Assembly (NCBI GenBank): GCA_000708835.1
Contig: DF237384.1
Location: 14,379-78,378 of the forward strand
Source: Klebsormidium nitens
Taxonomy: Eukaryota; Plantae; Klebsormidiophyceae
DNA: 64,000 nucleotides
Reading direction: 5' to 3'
The position numbers and the translations under genes are program-made. The notes under the pieces are model-generated. The model was not told the DNA's origin. It did no database searches and worked only from the letters and a program-made list of their open reading frames with translations. Below, one piece after another: positions 49,707 to 62,000 of this stretch. Each line of letters starts with the position of its first letter. Within the stretch, counting starts at the first letter, position 1.

Positions 49707-50566
49707 CGTGGTGCAGCTTTCAAAAGAAGAGTGTGGGCATACAACTCCCTGCAAACACGACCCGCCTGCTCTCCCAAGCTCCTCAGAGGCCTCAGTATTG
49801 CAGCTCGTCAGCAATTTCTACCATTTGTAGTCTACCTATAGTACTGAGTGTGCGCACATGTCATGACAATTCAGCACCCCATATCTGAAACTATGATTCA
49901 TGAAAGTACGGTATCATGGTGTTCATCCACATGCCAACCAACGGGCTAACGGGGAGTTCCCTAGCTTCACCTTCCTGCCACCTGGCCCAAATTTTGGCAC
50001 TTCACGAAGAACGGCGGCCGCGCGCGGAGGCCGGGCATGTGGGCGAACTAGAGCTGTGCGCACGCACGTCCCAACATCGCAGGGCCCGAGTGCCATCTGA
50101 GCAGCACGGACCGTCCGATGTTCTGTGTCCTGGTGTGACGGTTGATCTTGCAGCTGGTCGCGCACATGCTGCCATGAAGCAGGCTGCTGCAGCCGCCATT
50201 GTCAATTGAACAGCATTGACCTTCCTGGTGGCTGCTGCACCGCCTTTGCCCGGCCCCTGGCCTGTTAAACTTGAAGGTGCCGTTGACAAATCCTCGACGC
50301 ACGCAGCACACTGGGTGACCTCGCGGGGGGACTGCTGTTGCTCAGCTTCAGCAGCATTTGTCCCGAGCAGGAAGTAAAGCAGCAAGGTCATTGCGCACCA
50401 ACACATGCTGAGCACTGTTGGCTGGGGAGGAATTATCCCCAAATTGGTCACGCTAGTCAGGTAACAGCAGCCAGCGTGGCCAGCTGCTATTTTAGCACGG
50501 GTGCCGATCAAAGGGAGCAAGTTCATTGCCTGCAGACAGGTGCATTGGGGATTGAACATCAGCACC
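49707..50566. promoter_or_regulatory. Probable divergent promoter/5'UTR region between the metacaspase and the syntaxin
   Basis: 860 bp between divergent ATGs; a tgcag acceptor-like site at about 50535 suggests a syntaxin 5'UTR intron. Confidence 0.4.
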
Positions 50567-53308
50567 ATGAACGATCTTCTTGGGGTACGTGTCTTGCACT
50601 CAGCCTATAACTTTCCAGAATGACAAGCTAGCTTGCTTGAGTTATTGCTACCCCAATATGCTTGCCTAAGTGAGCTTTCAGTAAAGCTCATCGCGGTTCC
50701 TCATTGTGTCCCGTTATGCTGCAATCCAGTCCTAGATCTTGAGGGCGTTGGAGCTCTGAATGTGTCTGAGGATCTTATCGAATCAATTGAGACACCGCTC
50801 TTTGCAAGTCCATACAACTGTGGAGAGCGGTCAATTTGTGAGTGAATTTTTAGTGAGTCTTGCGTTGGCCTATCAGAGGAGATGTCGCCGTGGGCAAGTC
50901 CTTTCTCTCAATTGTGCGGAATGTGCTGTACCTTGAAACATCTGCTTGTAATTGTGGGGCTGCCCCTTCCGAATAGGCAGCTCTGGAACCCTGGCTGGTT
51001 GCAAGAGGGTCTGGGGGACTGTTTAAGCAGCATTGCCGCACTGCGTGGCCGTGATGCTTGCTGTATAACCCCCGGAGCGCGGCTGACTCAGTGCACCGCG
51101 GGCCCAACCCTAAGGATGTTGCTGGCGGCGTGTGCAGGACATTGGGGGTGCCAATGGCCACAGCAAGGACCTGGAGGCGGGGCCTGCGGGCCCCTCGCAG
51201 GCGGACCGCAACCTGCAGCAGTTCTTTGACGAGGTGGCGGAGATCAAGAGCCAGATGGCGGCCATCCGCAGGAACCTGCACAAGCTGCAGGACGCCAACG
51301 AGGAGAGCAAGCAGGTCACGCGCGCCCCCGACATGAAGGGTGAGGCCACGCCCCCTTCAAGGACGCGCGCCTGACTCCTGCTGCCGACCAGCCCCTCGAT
51401 GGGGATGGGCTCTGGGTGGCCTCGTCAGCAGGGCTGTCAGCTGCTCGCTGGACAATTGTCTGATGGGGGGTTCTCGCTCTTCCGATGGGGGGTGCCCACG
51501 GCGTACTGATCTGTTGCGTGATGGTGCAGCCCTGAAGGAGAAGATGGAGGCTGACATCGACGAGGTCAGCAAGATGGCGCACAACATCAAGAGCAGGCTT
51601 GAGGCACTAGACAAAGCGGTGAGCAGCGAAGTGTTCTGATGTTGCATCACTTGGTCCTCTGCTTATACTGACCGTATGTTGGAGTCAAATGGTGCACAGA
51701 AGTAGGCTTTCATGTTGGTCACTTGGCCCCTGGCGAATTCATCTTTCGCCGGGCTGCCACCAGCTAGAAAGCTCAAATCTTCTTGAGGTAAGCCTTGGCA
51801 GCACAATTAGTGAAGGGGCATCAGAAGCTCAGAAGCTTTCTTCACTCCTTCCATTGTATTTGGAACTTCAGGTTGGGGCGCATGGGCTTTTGACTGTGGA
51901 AGAAAGAGGGGCAGGTCTGTGTACTTGCCCATGCTTGACTCGCACTCAATTCTTGAGAAGCTGCCAGCCCGCCCTGACTCGCGATGCGCGTGCGCTTGCA
52001 GAATGCGGAGAGCCGCAAGCAGGCGGGGTGCGGGGAGAACAGCAGCAGCGACCGCACGCGCATGTCCATCACCAACACGCTCAAGAAGAAGCTCAAGGAG
52101 CTCATGGGCGAGTTCCAGGCGCTGCGCCAAAAGTTCCAGGACGAGTACAAGGAGGTCGTGGAGAGGAGGATCTTCACGGGTCAGGCCCCGCCGCTCCCAC
52201 TTGCAACCATCTGCCCCTGGCAGCGACAGGGTCCTGAAACAAATGTCTCAGTTCTCTGCTCAGTGAAGAGCCTCATCTCAGTTGGCGCCCTCTGCGGGGT
52301 GCTTTGGCCCCATGCGCCTGACTCGTTGCCACTGCCCTGAGGATACATTTATACTGTGCTGGCTCTGACAGCCGGGGAGTTGTGCTGTGCAGTGACGGGG
52401 AAGCGGCCAGACGAGGACCAGGTGGAGCAGATCATTGAGAGCGGGGAGAGCGAGCAGATCTTCCAGAAGGCCATCCAGGAGCAGGGCAGGGGCCAGGTGA
52501 GGGAGCGCCGCGCGCGCAGCCCGGCAGCAATGACCACTGGTTTGTGGGCCAGGAGCAGGTTTAATGCCGTTTCCTTGAGGCAGAGGCACAAAGTCAAGCA
52601 ACAGTTGACCATCATCCGCCAGATTGTACAAAGAGAACCGTGTGCGGATACACAGGTGTTTGCCTCCATCGTGTTTGGTGTCGTCAGGTCACATTTATTG
52701 GCAGCTGCAGTTGGTTGAAGCAATGTGGCTGGGAATACCCAGGCCGCTAGCACAGGGCCTTATCACGTTTGCTCACTCAGGAGTTTGACTCTACTTCGTT
52801 TGATCCCAATTTGGCTTCACTTACGAATTCCGGTTTGGGTCGAAAAAGGGTGGGCAAGCCTCTCAGGACCACAGAAGATGTCCAGAACAGATTACGCTTT
52901 CCGTCTGTGACACGCTCATTATCGGGGTTCAGTGCACGAGGCATGCGCGTGCGCCGAGGCGGTGATGCGTGGGTGCGTGGCTTGGTGCAGATTTTGGACA
53001 CGATTGCGGAGATCCAGGAGCGGCACGACGCGGTGCGCGACATGGAGCGCAAGCTGCTGGAGCTGCACCAGATCTTCATGGACATGGCCGTGCTGGTGGA
53101 GGCGCAGGGCGAGCTGCTGGACAACATCGAGGTGCAGGTCACCAAGGCCGTGAACCACATCGAGCAGGGCACCAAGGCGCTGGTCAAGGCCAAGGCGCTG
53201 CAGCGCAACACGCGCAAGTGGATGTGCTGCGCCATCATCATCCTGCTCATCGTCGTCGTTGTCATTGTGGTCGCCGTGGTACAACCCTGGAAGTCGGGCA
53301 ATGCCTAG
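50567..53308 (+). CDS. SYP132: Plasma-membrane Qa-SNARE syntaxin, SYP13-like, 302 aa
   Basis: Exons: 50567-50584 (MNDLLG), 51138-51339, 51530-51618, 52002-52179, 52393-52496, 52991-53308. Habc domain, [13 protein letters not shown] motif [41 protein letters not shown]-terminal TM. The exact paralogue symbol is tentative. Confidence 0.93.
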
Positions 53309-54582
53309 CGGCGCCACACCCGCTCAATCAGCCACCGTACCGTCGGGTAGCTGAGCTGCCAAGTCTGCAAGGTCGTCTCCGCAGCATGCTCCCCGGATTG
53401 AGGGAGTCCATCACTATCTGCAAAAATACTCAGTTAACTCTCTACTCGAGGTTAGAAACGAACACGTGTTTTCTGCAAGAGGGATTGACCAGCGGCTGTG
53501 TGCTGTCCAAAAATGTGCGCATAGAGTTTTTTATATGACGTTCTGTGAATCTCGAAAGTTTTTAGTACCGGCCCTTGTTCATGAGAAATCTAGAGATTGG
53601 GATCAAGCTGCGCTGGTAACTCTGTCCTTCTAAAGCTCCTGAGCTGGTGCACGAGTGCCGCTGACAAGCAAATCAGTAAAGCTCAGTGCTGTGGGTAGCA
53701 AGTTGCTCAAACTCGCAGGCATGCTCCAAGATATTGGACATGGCGAGAGTACACATGGTGCTTCCTCCGTTTCAGTTTTGAGAGAACAATCCGATGAGTT
53801 TCTAACAAGCCGCTGCTCACGGTTTTCCTCGTAATCCAGGTCGGCTGTCTCTTTCTGATCTGCGTCATGCTTAACGGTGTTTGATCGGGTATCAATTTTC
53901 AAGGGCATGTTGATCTGCATGCATGAATGTTAGGCCTAGCTACATAGAAACCTAGTATTGAACCAAGGCGGCTCGACTGCCTTCAGCACATTGCTTGTGC
54001 GACCCGTATATCATGATCGATATGACCCGACGTGCATGATATATCATGCTGATATGCTTTTAGCTGGAGTCGTGCGGATAACTTTGCAGTGAATGTTGGG
54101 ATTACGTGCACCTGGCGACAAGGTGCTGCCCCTTAGAGGGCCAGCTCATCACATCTGGTGGTACACCTAAGTTCACCCACTTTAGTGTGCAAGAAAATTG
54201 ACTCGATAGCAACGATGCTGACCTCCTCAACCCATGCCCACTAGTAAAACAAGATCCAGCTAACAACATTCAATGGCCTGATTATGCGTTCAGAATCGTT
54301 GGATTAGGCCGCCTCAAGCCGGTGTCAGTCTGTCTGGCTTGCTGCGCATTCTAGCTAGTAAGATAGTGATGGACGGATGACTCTTTTGGCAAGATCAAAT
54401 TGAGTTCAAAGCCGGCCCTTGATAGAAAGCGGGTCGCAAGTAACACGCACGGAGATAAACTATTTCAACTCACGGATCAAAACGTTTGCCACAAGTATGA
54501 CTACTGGAAAAGGATATTTGCAATGAGACTAACAAAGGAAGCACGTAATGTCAAGCCCGCGAGTGCTGCTGCGATTGGTAGC

Positions 54583-56239
54583 CTATTTCCTAAGCTCTCT
54601 CCTTATCGCTTCTTTCACTCTCCTCGACTCAGCCTTCTTGAGCCGTGTGTGAAAGCTTCGCACCGGCCGGACTACCGGCTCCAGGAAGGCCGGTGTGTGG
54701 GGGAAGTTTGAGTGCGCCAAGCGGTCCACCTGCCGCGTTGAGAAGCGGCGGTGGGCCAGCTGCGAGGTTGGCAGCGGGGCCGCAGTGGCAGAAGGCTGCA
54801 AATTTTCGATCAGGTACGAGAATACGCCGAACCCCGTGCAGCTCTGCAGCGCGGACTGCAGGCCACCGTCTGCCCCCACTACCAGCCCAGTGGCGCACCC
54901 CGACACCCCCGCATGCCACCCTGGCAACAGAGCAAGGGAGCACGTCAGGAAGCTGGGCGAGAGCGGAGGGGAGACACCCCACGACAAGAAAGAGGCTGGC
55001 CTGCCAACCTTCGCAGTCCACCTGCAGTGGGGGCTGGTGGGCAATAAGGTCCTAACTGAAAAACGGGCGTTGCTTGATCACAAACGAAGGCTTACTCTCT
55101 CTGCCGCCGCGCAGGCTCTCCAAAGAACACGCCATTGCTGAGTGCACCCCCCCCAGAAGAGCGAAGGTCTGCAGCGATGGAGCAAAGTGTCAGGACATGC
55201 CTGTCACACAGCCAGGCACACAGGCGCTGCAGACGTGCTCCAGCGTTGGCTCAATGTTGGCCCAATGCCTCAACTTGCAGTGTGCCAGGCGGAGAGCGCA
55301 CATTGAATTGCCAGGTGGAGGGACAGTGCGCGCTCACCTTGGCAGACTTGCCACCTTCGCCGAGTGCCACCTTGAAGCCCTCGCGCTTGAACAACCCGCT
55401 CCCTGCGGTGGGCAACCACAAGTGCATCACCAAATGCCACAAGTCCCTGCTGGCGTGGCACAATCACAGGCACGCCGGACAGCTCGATGAACATGCAGCA
55501 GCAAGCCCCGGGCTGTGCGAGCACGCTCACCGACTCCCCAGATGCCGCCCATGACAGCGCCGGACACCGCAGCGCCGAGGCCCTTGCCCATGCAAATGGC
55601 CCCATTCAGAAGGGCGGGGTTCAAGTCGGAACCTGGAGGAAGACAGGGACAGGCAGCGTAAACCAGCAATCGTCAGGCGGTCGCAACTCTTAAAAAGCGA
55701 GATTTCAACAACTCAAGCACTGCAAAACATACTGACCCAGCTGTGAATTGTCATCAGGAACAGCACTGCAAACCTGACGCTCACGGCATTGTCAGCTGGT
55801 GGGCACCGGACCCCTTCTTTTGCCACCAACAGCATCGGCAAACGCGCACGTAATTGGAGCAAACAGGCAAGGCCCATCTGCCCCAATGTATGCACATGCA
55901 AGCGTCTATTTCATCTCAATGCACGATGTGTTAATCCCCCGCCCCGCCCCCACCTCCTTCTTCCTCCTCCTCTTCTTCCTCGTCCTCCTCATCCTCCTCT
56001 TCCTCCTGTGCTGCTACGCTGAACCTGCCCCTGCTGCGCGCTGTCCGCGGGGCCGACCTTGCCGGACTCTCTGCCCCCAACACCGCTGCCACTGATGGGT
56101 CCACAGACTGCAGCGTAGCCTCTAGCGTCTGCGCAGCTTCTGTGCCCTCTGTTGCCACGGCAGGAGCCGCCAAGTCTTCGGCCCCGCCTGAAGCAGGAGC
56201 AGAGGCCGGACTATCCTTGTTGCCGCCTGCTTCAGCCAT
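54583..56239 (-). CDS. Tim17/Tim22/Tim23 (PRAT) family protein resembling plant TIM22-2/HP20-type, about 287 aa
   Basis: Exons (-): 56239-55954, 55632-55531, 55402-55338, 55168-55096, 54920-54583. GAVMGGIWGVGSGLFKREGFK..GKSAKTFALLGGVHS..C...LRG..WHAGVSGCATG..ALQSC.GFGVFSYLIE; gccATGG start context. Confidence 0.85.
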
Positions 56240-56685
56240 GGCCCCTGCCGTCACCGCTCGCGGCTCTACAAATTTGGCAAATGCGCCACTGGCACAAGTG
56301 TACAGAAGCGACACAAAGCAGCCAAAAGGACACACACACGGACAGTACCGTACTAAAACTTAAAGCCTCCATGCTGCTGCACTGTCTGCACAGAATCGTG
56401 CAACTAGGTGCGGCAAACTTTCATTTGGCGACCCGCAACCCCCGGGCCTTGACCGGACGGGGCGGCAGTTCGGACGGCACGGGACGGTTGCCTATTCTGA
56501 GGCTATTCTGGTCCAGAAGAAGCTGTCGGAGCCTGCCGGAGCGGCGGCCCGGGCCCCACTGCCGCGGTAACGGCACAGCTGGTTGTCCGTCTACACAAGT
56601 CGGCCGCCTCCATCGCTTCTCCCTCTTTCAGCCTTCCTCTGCAACGAGAGGGCGTTGGCAGGCGCTGCGAGGGGTGTTGGCAGCC
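56240..56685. promoter_or_regulatory. Probable bidirectional promoter region between the Tim22-like gene and RPS11
   Basis: Only 446 bp between divergent ATGs; GC-rich; inferred from gene layout alone. Confidence 0.5.
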
Positions 56686-59032
56686 ATGGCGGACCAGGTG
56701 AGGAGACGGGGGACGGGCAGCAGGCTGGAAAAGGATGACGCTGGGATCGTCTGCGTAGTTCTGGCGGTTGCTGTGCATGATCAGCAAGAGATGGAGGCCC
56801 CAATTGTCGTGCCGCGCACTCATCCCCGTCTCGCTTCCGGCAACAGTGTCTCTCTTGTGTGTCTCTATGGCTTGGCCTCAGGTTTTTTGCAGCACAATTT
56901 CGAGATAGCACGGACTTTGCGGGGTGCGCTGCTCGCCTGCGACCGGCAGTTTTTTGCAAGTTAGCAATCTGACATTTCCTCTTCGTCCCTGTGGCAGACG
57001 GAGAGAGCTTTCCAGAAGCAGCATGGCGTGTTCCTCAAGTAAGACCGCCCATCCAGCCCTCACCTGCAGTTCTCCATCTGTGCTGTGGTCTGGCCCCATG
57101 TGTGCTGTCCGCTGTGGGCCTTTACCGCTCCTCCAGCAGTGGTCGCTGCTGCTTGGCCTTCATGTCTTGGCTGGACCACAGGCTGGCCTCCCTGAAGGAC
57201 TCTATTCCAGTTCTGAGCGCGGTCTGTGTTGTGCAGCGCCAAGAAGGCTGCCAAGGGCATCACCCCAGGCAAGGCAGGCAGGCGCTACTGGAAGAACGTG
57301 GGCCTGGGCTTCAAGACGCCCCGGGAAGCCATTGAAGGTGAGTTGCTCCTTGCACTTGTTGCACACAAGCATGCTGTGCCCAGGACTGAGCAGGAAACAG
57401 TTTGCGGGTGAGCGGCTGTGCGGGAGAAAGTCCAGGTGCTTTGGTGCCCCTGGTCGCAGCAGGTATGCACCTGCACCTTGGCAGCAGCGTGGCTGGATGA
57501 GGTCGATCTACCATGTGTGCTGGGGAGTAAGCTGTTGCTAAGGCTGCGGCAAGTGTTCGTCAGGAAAGGCTTGGAAGCAGGACATGGCGACAGTTAGAGC
57601 TGCTATGCGCATGCGTGTGCCTATACAGCAGCTGTAGAGGAGGGGGCTTGATGTTGAAGGGGCAAAGACGAAGCAGGGGGCAGGACGGACAGGAAAGACA
57701 AGATCTTTCAGGAGAAAGGAGCATAATCCGGTAATGGTGCACCCCTGGCTGCGGCGCTTAGCCCAGCCCAGTAGCAGAGGCCAAAGCAGGCACTAGTCAC
57801 TCGCCAGCAAAGGGCGCTCGCATAATGGCGATTGGATACCGGAAGAAAGCTCGTCCAATCTACTGTGCCTGAGCTGGGGAGCACAGCTATGCACAAGCAC
57901 TACGGGTTGCTGGCCTACTGCTCGGCAATTTGGCCGTCCGAGGACTCTAGCTTGGTCCATGCGTCATTCCTTTGTCAGTTCCTAAGGGGTCCCTCATCAC
58001 AGAGAGGCACTGCCAGCGGTGGTTTCCTGTCGTCCTGCACTGCGGAGCCTGGGGGTGGTCCTCAAGCGGCGGTTGCTGTGTGTGCGGTGCAGGCACGTAC
58101 ATTGACAAGAAGTGCCCGTTCACGAGCAACGTGTCCATCCGGGGCCGCATCCTGAGCGGCGTGGTGTACAGCACCAAGATGACGCGCACCATCACCATCC
58201 GCCGCGACTACCTCCACTTTGTCAAAAAGTATCAGAGGTGAGCGCCACCGCAGGCGGGCAGGAATTGCGAGGGGAGCAGAGGGCTGCATGTACTGCGGGG
58301 GTCGCTGACGCTGAAACGTGGGCGGTCTGAGTAGCCTGGCAAAGTTGCCCCGGAGCAAGGCAGCAGCGGCCAAAACAAGCCGTGAAAAAAGGTGCTACAC
58401 AAAGGGTACTTATGGAACTCAAAAAGAGTGATGAGGGAGCTCTGTTGCTTTTTGCGTCCATTCGCCATATTACTTGTTTAGAGCTCTGGAGGGAAGCATC
58501 TGTGGGTCTCTGATTTGTGGGTCGCTCATCCGCTTCGCGCAGATACGAGAAGCGGCATTCTATGCTTGCGGCGCACGTCTCCCCGGCCTTCCGTGTCAAA
58601 GCCGGCGATGTGGTCATTGTGGGGCAGTGCAGGTGAGGGAAAGGGGTGCAGGGAGGGGCCGGTGGGCTCTTGACATATGCAACAGCTTGGGTCTTACAAG
58701 GCGCTTGCTGTTTTGTGTTGGCAGGTGGCAAAGGATCAGTTGGATGTACCTCTTGATCCACATCAATCCGAGCAACCACCTGTAGGATTTAAGAGCAAGG
58801 AAGCTGCCTTTCAATCTGACACCTTGTTGCGGCATCAAGGGAATGGCCTTTTGTCCAAGGCTGCTGTTGGAGTTTGATTTTGCTAAGGTGACGTATACAG
58901 ATGTGCTGATTGTTTGTGTGTCTGCATGTGTACAGGCCTTTGTCCAAGACGGTTCGCTTCAACGTTCTCAAGGTGATTCCCATGGGCACTTCGGATGGTG
59001 GTACAGGAAAGAAAGTGTTTCAAGCTCAATAA
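56686..59032 (+). CDS. RPS11: 40S ribosomal protein S11 (uS17), 161 aa
   Basis: Exons: 56686-56697, 56998-57038, 57237-57337, 58093-58237, 58543-58632, 58936-59032. [78 protein letters not shown]. Confidence 0.97.
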
Positions 59033-62000
59033 TCAACGTTAAGGACAAGTGATTCCCATTGTGTGCAACCTGTATCGTCCGTGGTAGAGGGCATCGATGC
59101 AGCACCATAATTGGGCGAGTGTCATGATAGCATGCATTGTGAGCATCATGGATGCGGCCAGATTGTTTGGGGTATCCTTGCAATCAAGTACGCCGATATG
59201 GGCTTGCCAAAGCCTTCAAGCGGCATTGTTTGATGCATATTGCTGCGTACTGCTTGTCATCCAATGGAAGTTAGGCACATCGCCATTTGGCAAAGCACAA
59301 CGAACGAACTTTACCAATGTACCTTCGTGGGTTGTCCACCTATCATAGTTAAAACAAATCTTCCAATGCCCAAATGGTCACTTCTTTTAATACACGCTTA
59401 GGCGCCCGGGCCCATGGCGCAGAAACAAGCAATTTCGGAGTTCGGGCTTCATCAAAAAATGTTCAACTATTCTGGTTACCAAGCACGAATCCTAAAGTGA
59501 GTCAACATAGCTATCAATGGCATGACTATTTGAACTATCGGGTATAAAGTCACTAGCTTCAACTATTCCATTGGTTCGAGCTTTAAAAGAGTATCATTGT
59601 CTAGCTAATTTAAGTTAGGAGGCTTCTACTCCAAGTTAGTTTTCCTTCTTGTCTGGGCCGTTGTTGGCGTTCGGTGTAAACTAGAGCAGCAACTCAGCGC
59701 AGCGCCTCGGTAACTGGAGCAGACACTCCGCCGGCAGACGCTTGAATGATGCGGGTGCCGTGGCTGAGCTAGTGCGCGCCGTCGTCCCCTAGCCGTGGCG
59801 GCACGTAGCTGCGTAGTCAACACGAACCTTGAAAGTCCTCAGAGGCATGTGCATGCAGGCCCGCAGTGCCAAACGTAGGTAAATTAAGTAAATATACGAG
59901 CGCGTGTTCTGTTCAACGTCTGTAAATTGCGGACTACATGCATTCGAGTAGAAGCGGGCAATTGGGATTGGTATCGTGGTACGTAGCCCAATATGGCTGA
60001 TGCGAGATTAAAGGTGACCCAAATCATCATGTGAAGGATCCAACTTGGCAAGGCAAAGGGTTGAGGTCAAATTTGAGAACTAGATTCATGTTATGACGGT
60101 TGTAGCATTAATTCCGTTCCAATCTTATAAGTCCATATGTTGTCCCACTATACCACCAGGCACGATTGAGTAGGGCCGCCCTTTGTGTCCGTTGCATCAA
60201 ACAAGGTACAAAATAACCGAAATATTCGCCCTTAAAAATGCTGTCGTTCGTCAAACAAAAAGTTCTTCTTGAAATCAGAAGCGTCTAAAACGGCGTGTAT
60301 TTCCCTCACCCTTTCGATCATTTCGTCCGTAACCTCGCGGTTTTCTTTGAACCTCGTCATGATGCAGTTTGCCTAGATCCTTGGAACATAATGTAGCATG
60401 CCTACCGACGTAAGTACATCATTTTTATGACTTAAAGCTCTAACCTCGAGAACCGTGACGTAAGGGACGCTGGTTTTATGCAACAAGCCTAAACACTCGT
60501 TAACCTAGGGTTAAATGTATCAACATGTTTGTCATCACTACCCCCTGCCAATGCAAGTACACGCTGGCGTGTCGCTTCTTTTGGGCCTACCAAAAAACGT
60601 GGGACTGCAATCATCATATGTCCAGAACTGAACTTACAATGTTCTCCTTAACCGAACCTACCCGGCGTTACAATCGTAAGGCTAAACTCGGAGAATACTC
60701 AATCGAATTGTTAACCACACTGAGTCCTACCACCTTAATTGGGCTTCATGCATGCATGGCTGACGCGGATGCGACATTGAACCCATCTTCATCTTCCATA
60801 ATTGTTGCGGAATCATAGCTGCATATTCTAGGTCGCCCATCCGGGAATTGTTACTTTGCCTGCGCAACTTCTGCATCGGGCTTGCGGTGCCCTCTGCGTC
60901 GCCTCTCGCTTCTGGTTGGCCGCCCTTAAGACTGACGCAAGATCTCCACTGTTCGCTGGCGCCGATTCTTCCGCGAGTTCTGATTGATCTTGGGCACCCC
61001 CTTGCCAATGCACTCACATGGGTTGCCATGCTAATTGGAAGTCTCGTCACTAATCTCAACCACAGGGGATCCCAGCGGCCAGCAAAGTCACATCAGCAGG
61101 TCTATCAAATGATAAAAGCAACCTACGGTGTCCAGTCCCTTAAGATATTGTTGCTCGTTACTATGGCCTAACAAGCTCCTCAAGTGCCGCCTGCCCCCTT
61201 CCGACAACCGACGAAAGATCCGACTATTTTGTAGAGCGCAGCCTACGACCGAAGGTGGACGTTTTCCTCGGATTAATCTCTCGGATTTCAAAGGGGCCGC
61301 AGCTTGAAAGGCGCCATGATTGCATATAAGCTTTAGACTAAGTTTGGAATTGAAAGCACTTTCATCGAGCTTAGAACTTGACGGCAGCTCCTGAAGCTAG
61401 GAAGCTCAAAGCTCCCAGCTCGGAGCACTACCGGACATGCACAGCCCATGCATGGGTAACTGCATGTATATTGCATGTTACTGCATTTAAGAAATGTAGC
61501 TCAAGAGATCATCTAATATCGACGACTGCTATGTTATCTACCGATTTGATCCTCATCATTCATTGAATCGACTTTGGCAAGTGGCTGGACATCGGCCAAT
61601 GCGACTCTCCATCCATGATATCTCAAAACTTTGAAGCGGCGGTCGGCGAGGCCAGGTAGAGGAACGGTTCGTTTTCAAATCGTGAAACTTCGTACTCCAT
61701 ACATAGTCAACCGTCTTCCAACGAAACCTCTAGTCGATAATCCTCCAAGCTTAAGGGCGCCTTAGCCTATGGACTCCTTTCTTGATGTTTTTGACGGGAA
61801 TCCGATTCAGGCTCGCACCCCAACTGTCAGGATCTGACTGAGACTCGGCGGTAACGAGCGCCAGTGGGCGCTTCCACTGCTCGATCGTTACCATGGCTGC
61901 CTTCCTAACCACCTCCAAGCAACCTACGTCCACTAACTGCGGTCACTGCGGCCCACCCAGCACGCGGCTCCTAGCTGAACTCCTTGCCTCATCCCCTACA

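Noticed and set aside
50002-50568. 188-aa minus-strand ORF upstream of the metacaspase
   Set aside because: No protein-like features, and it lies in the inferred promoter/UTR between two divergent genes.
54034-54049. Perfect 16-bp palindrome gcatgatatatcatgc
   Set aside because: Isolated, with no terminal inverted repeats or target-site duplication that I could pair with it; may be chance.
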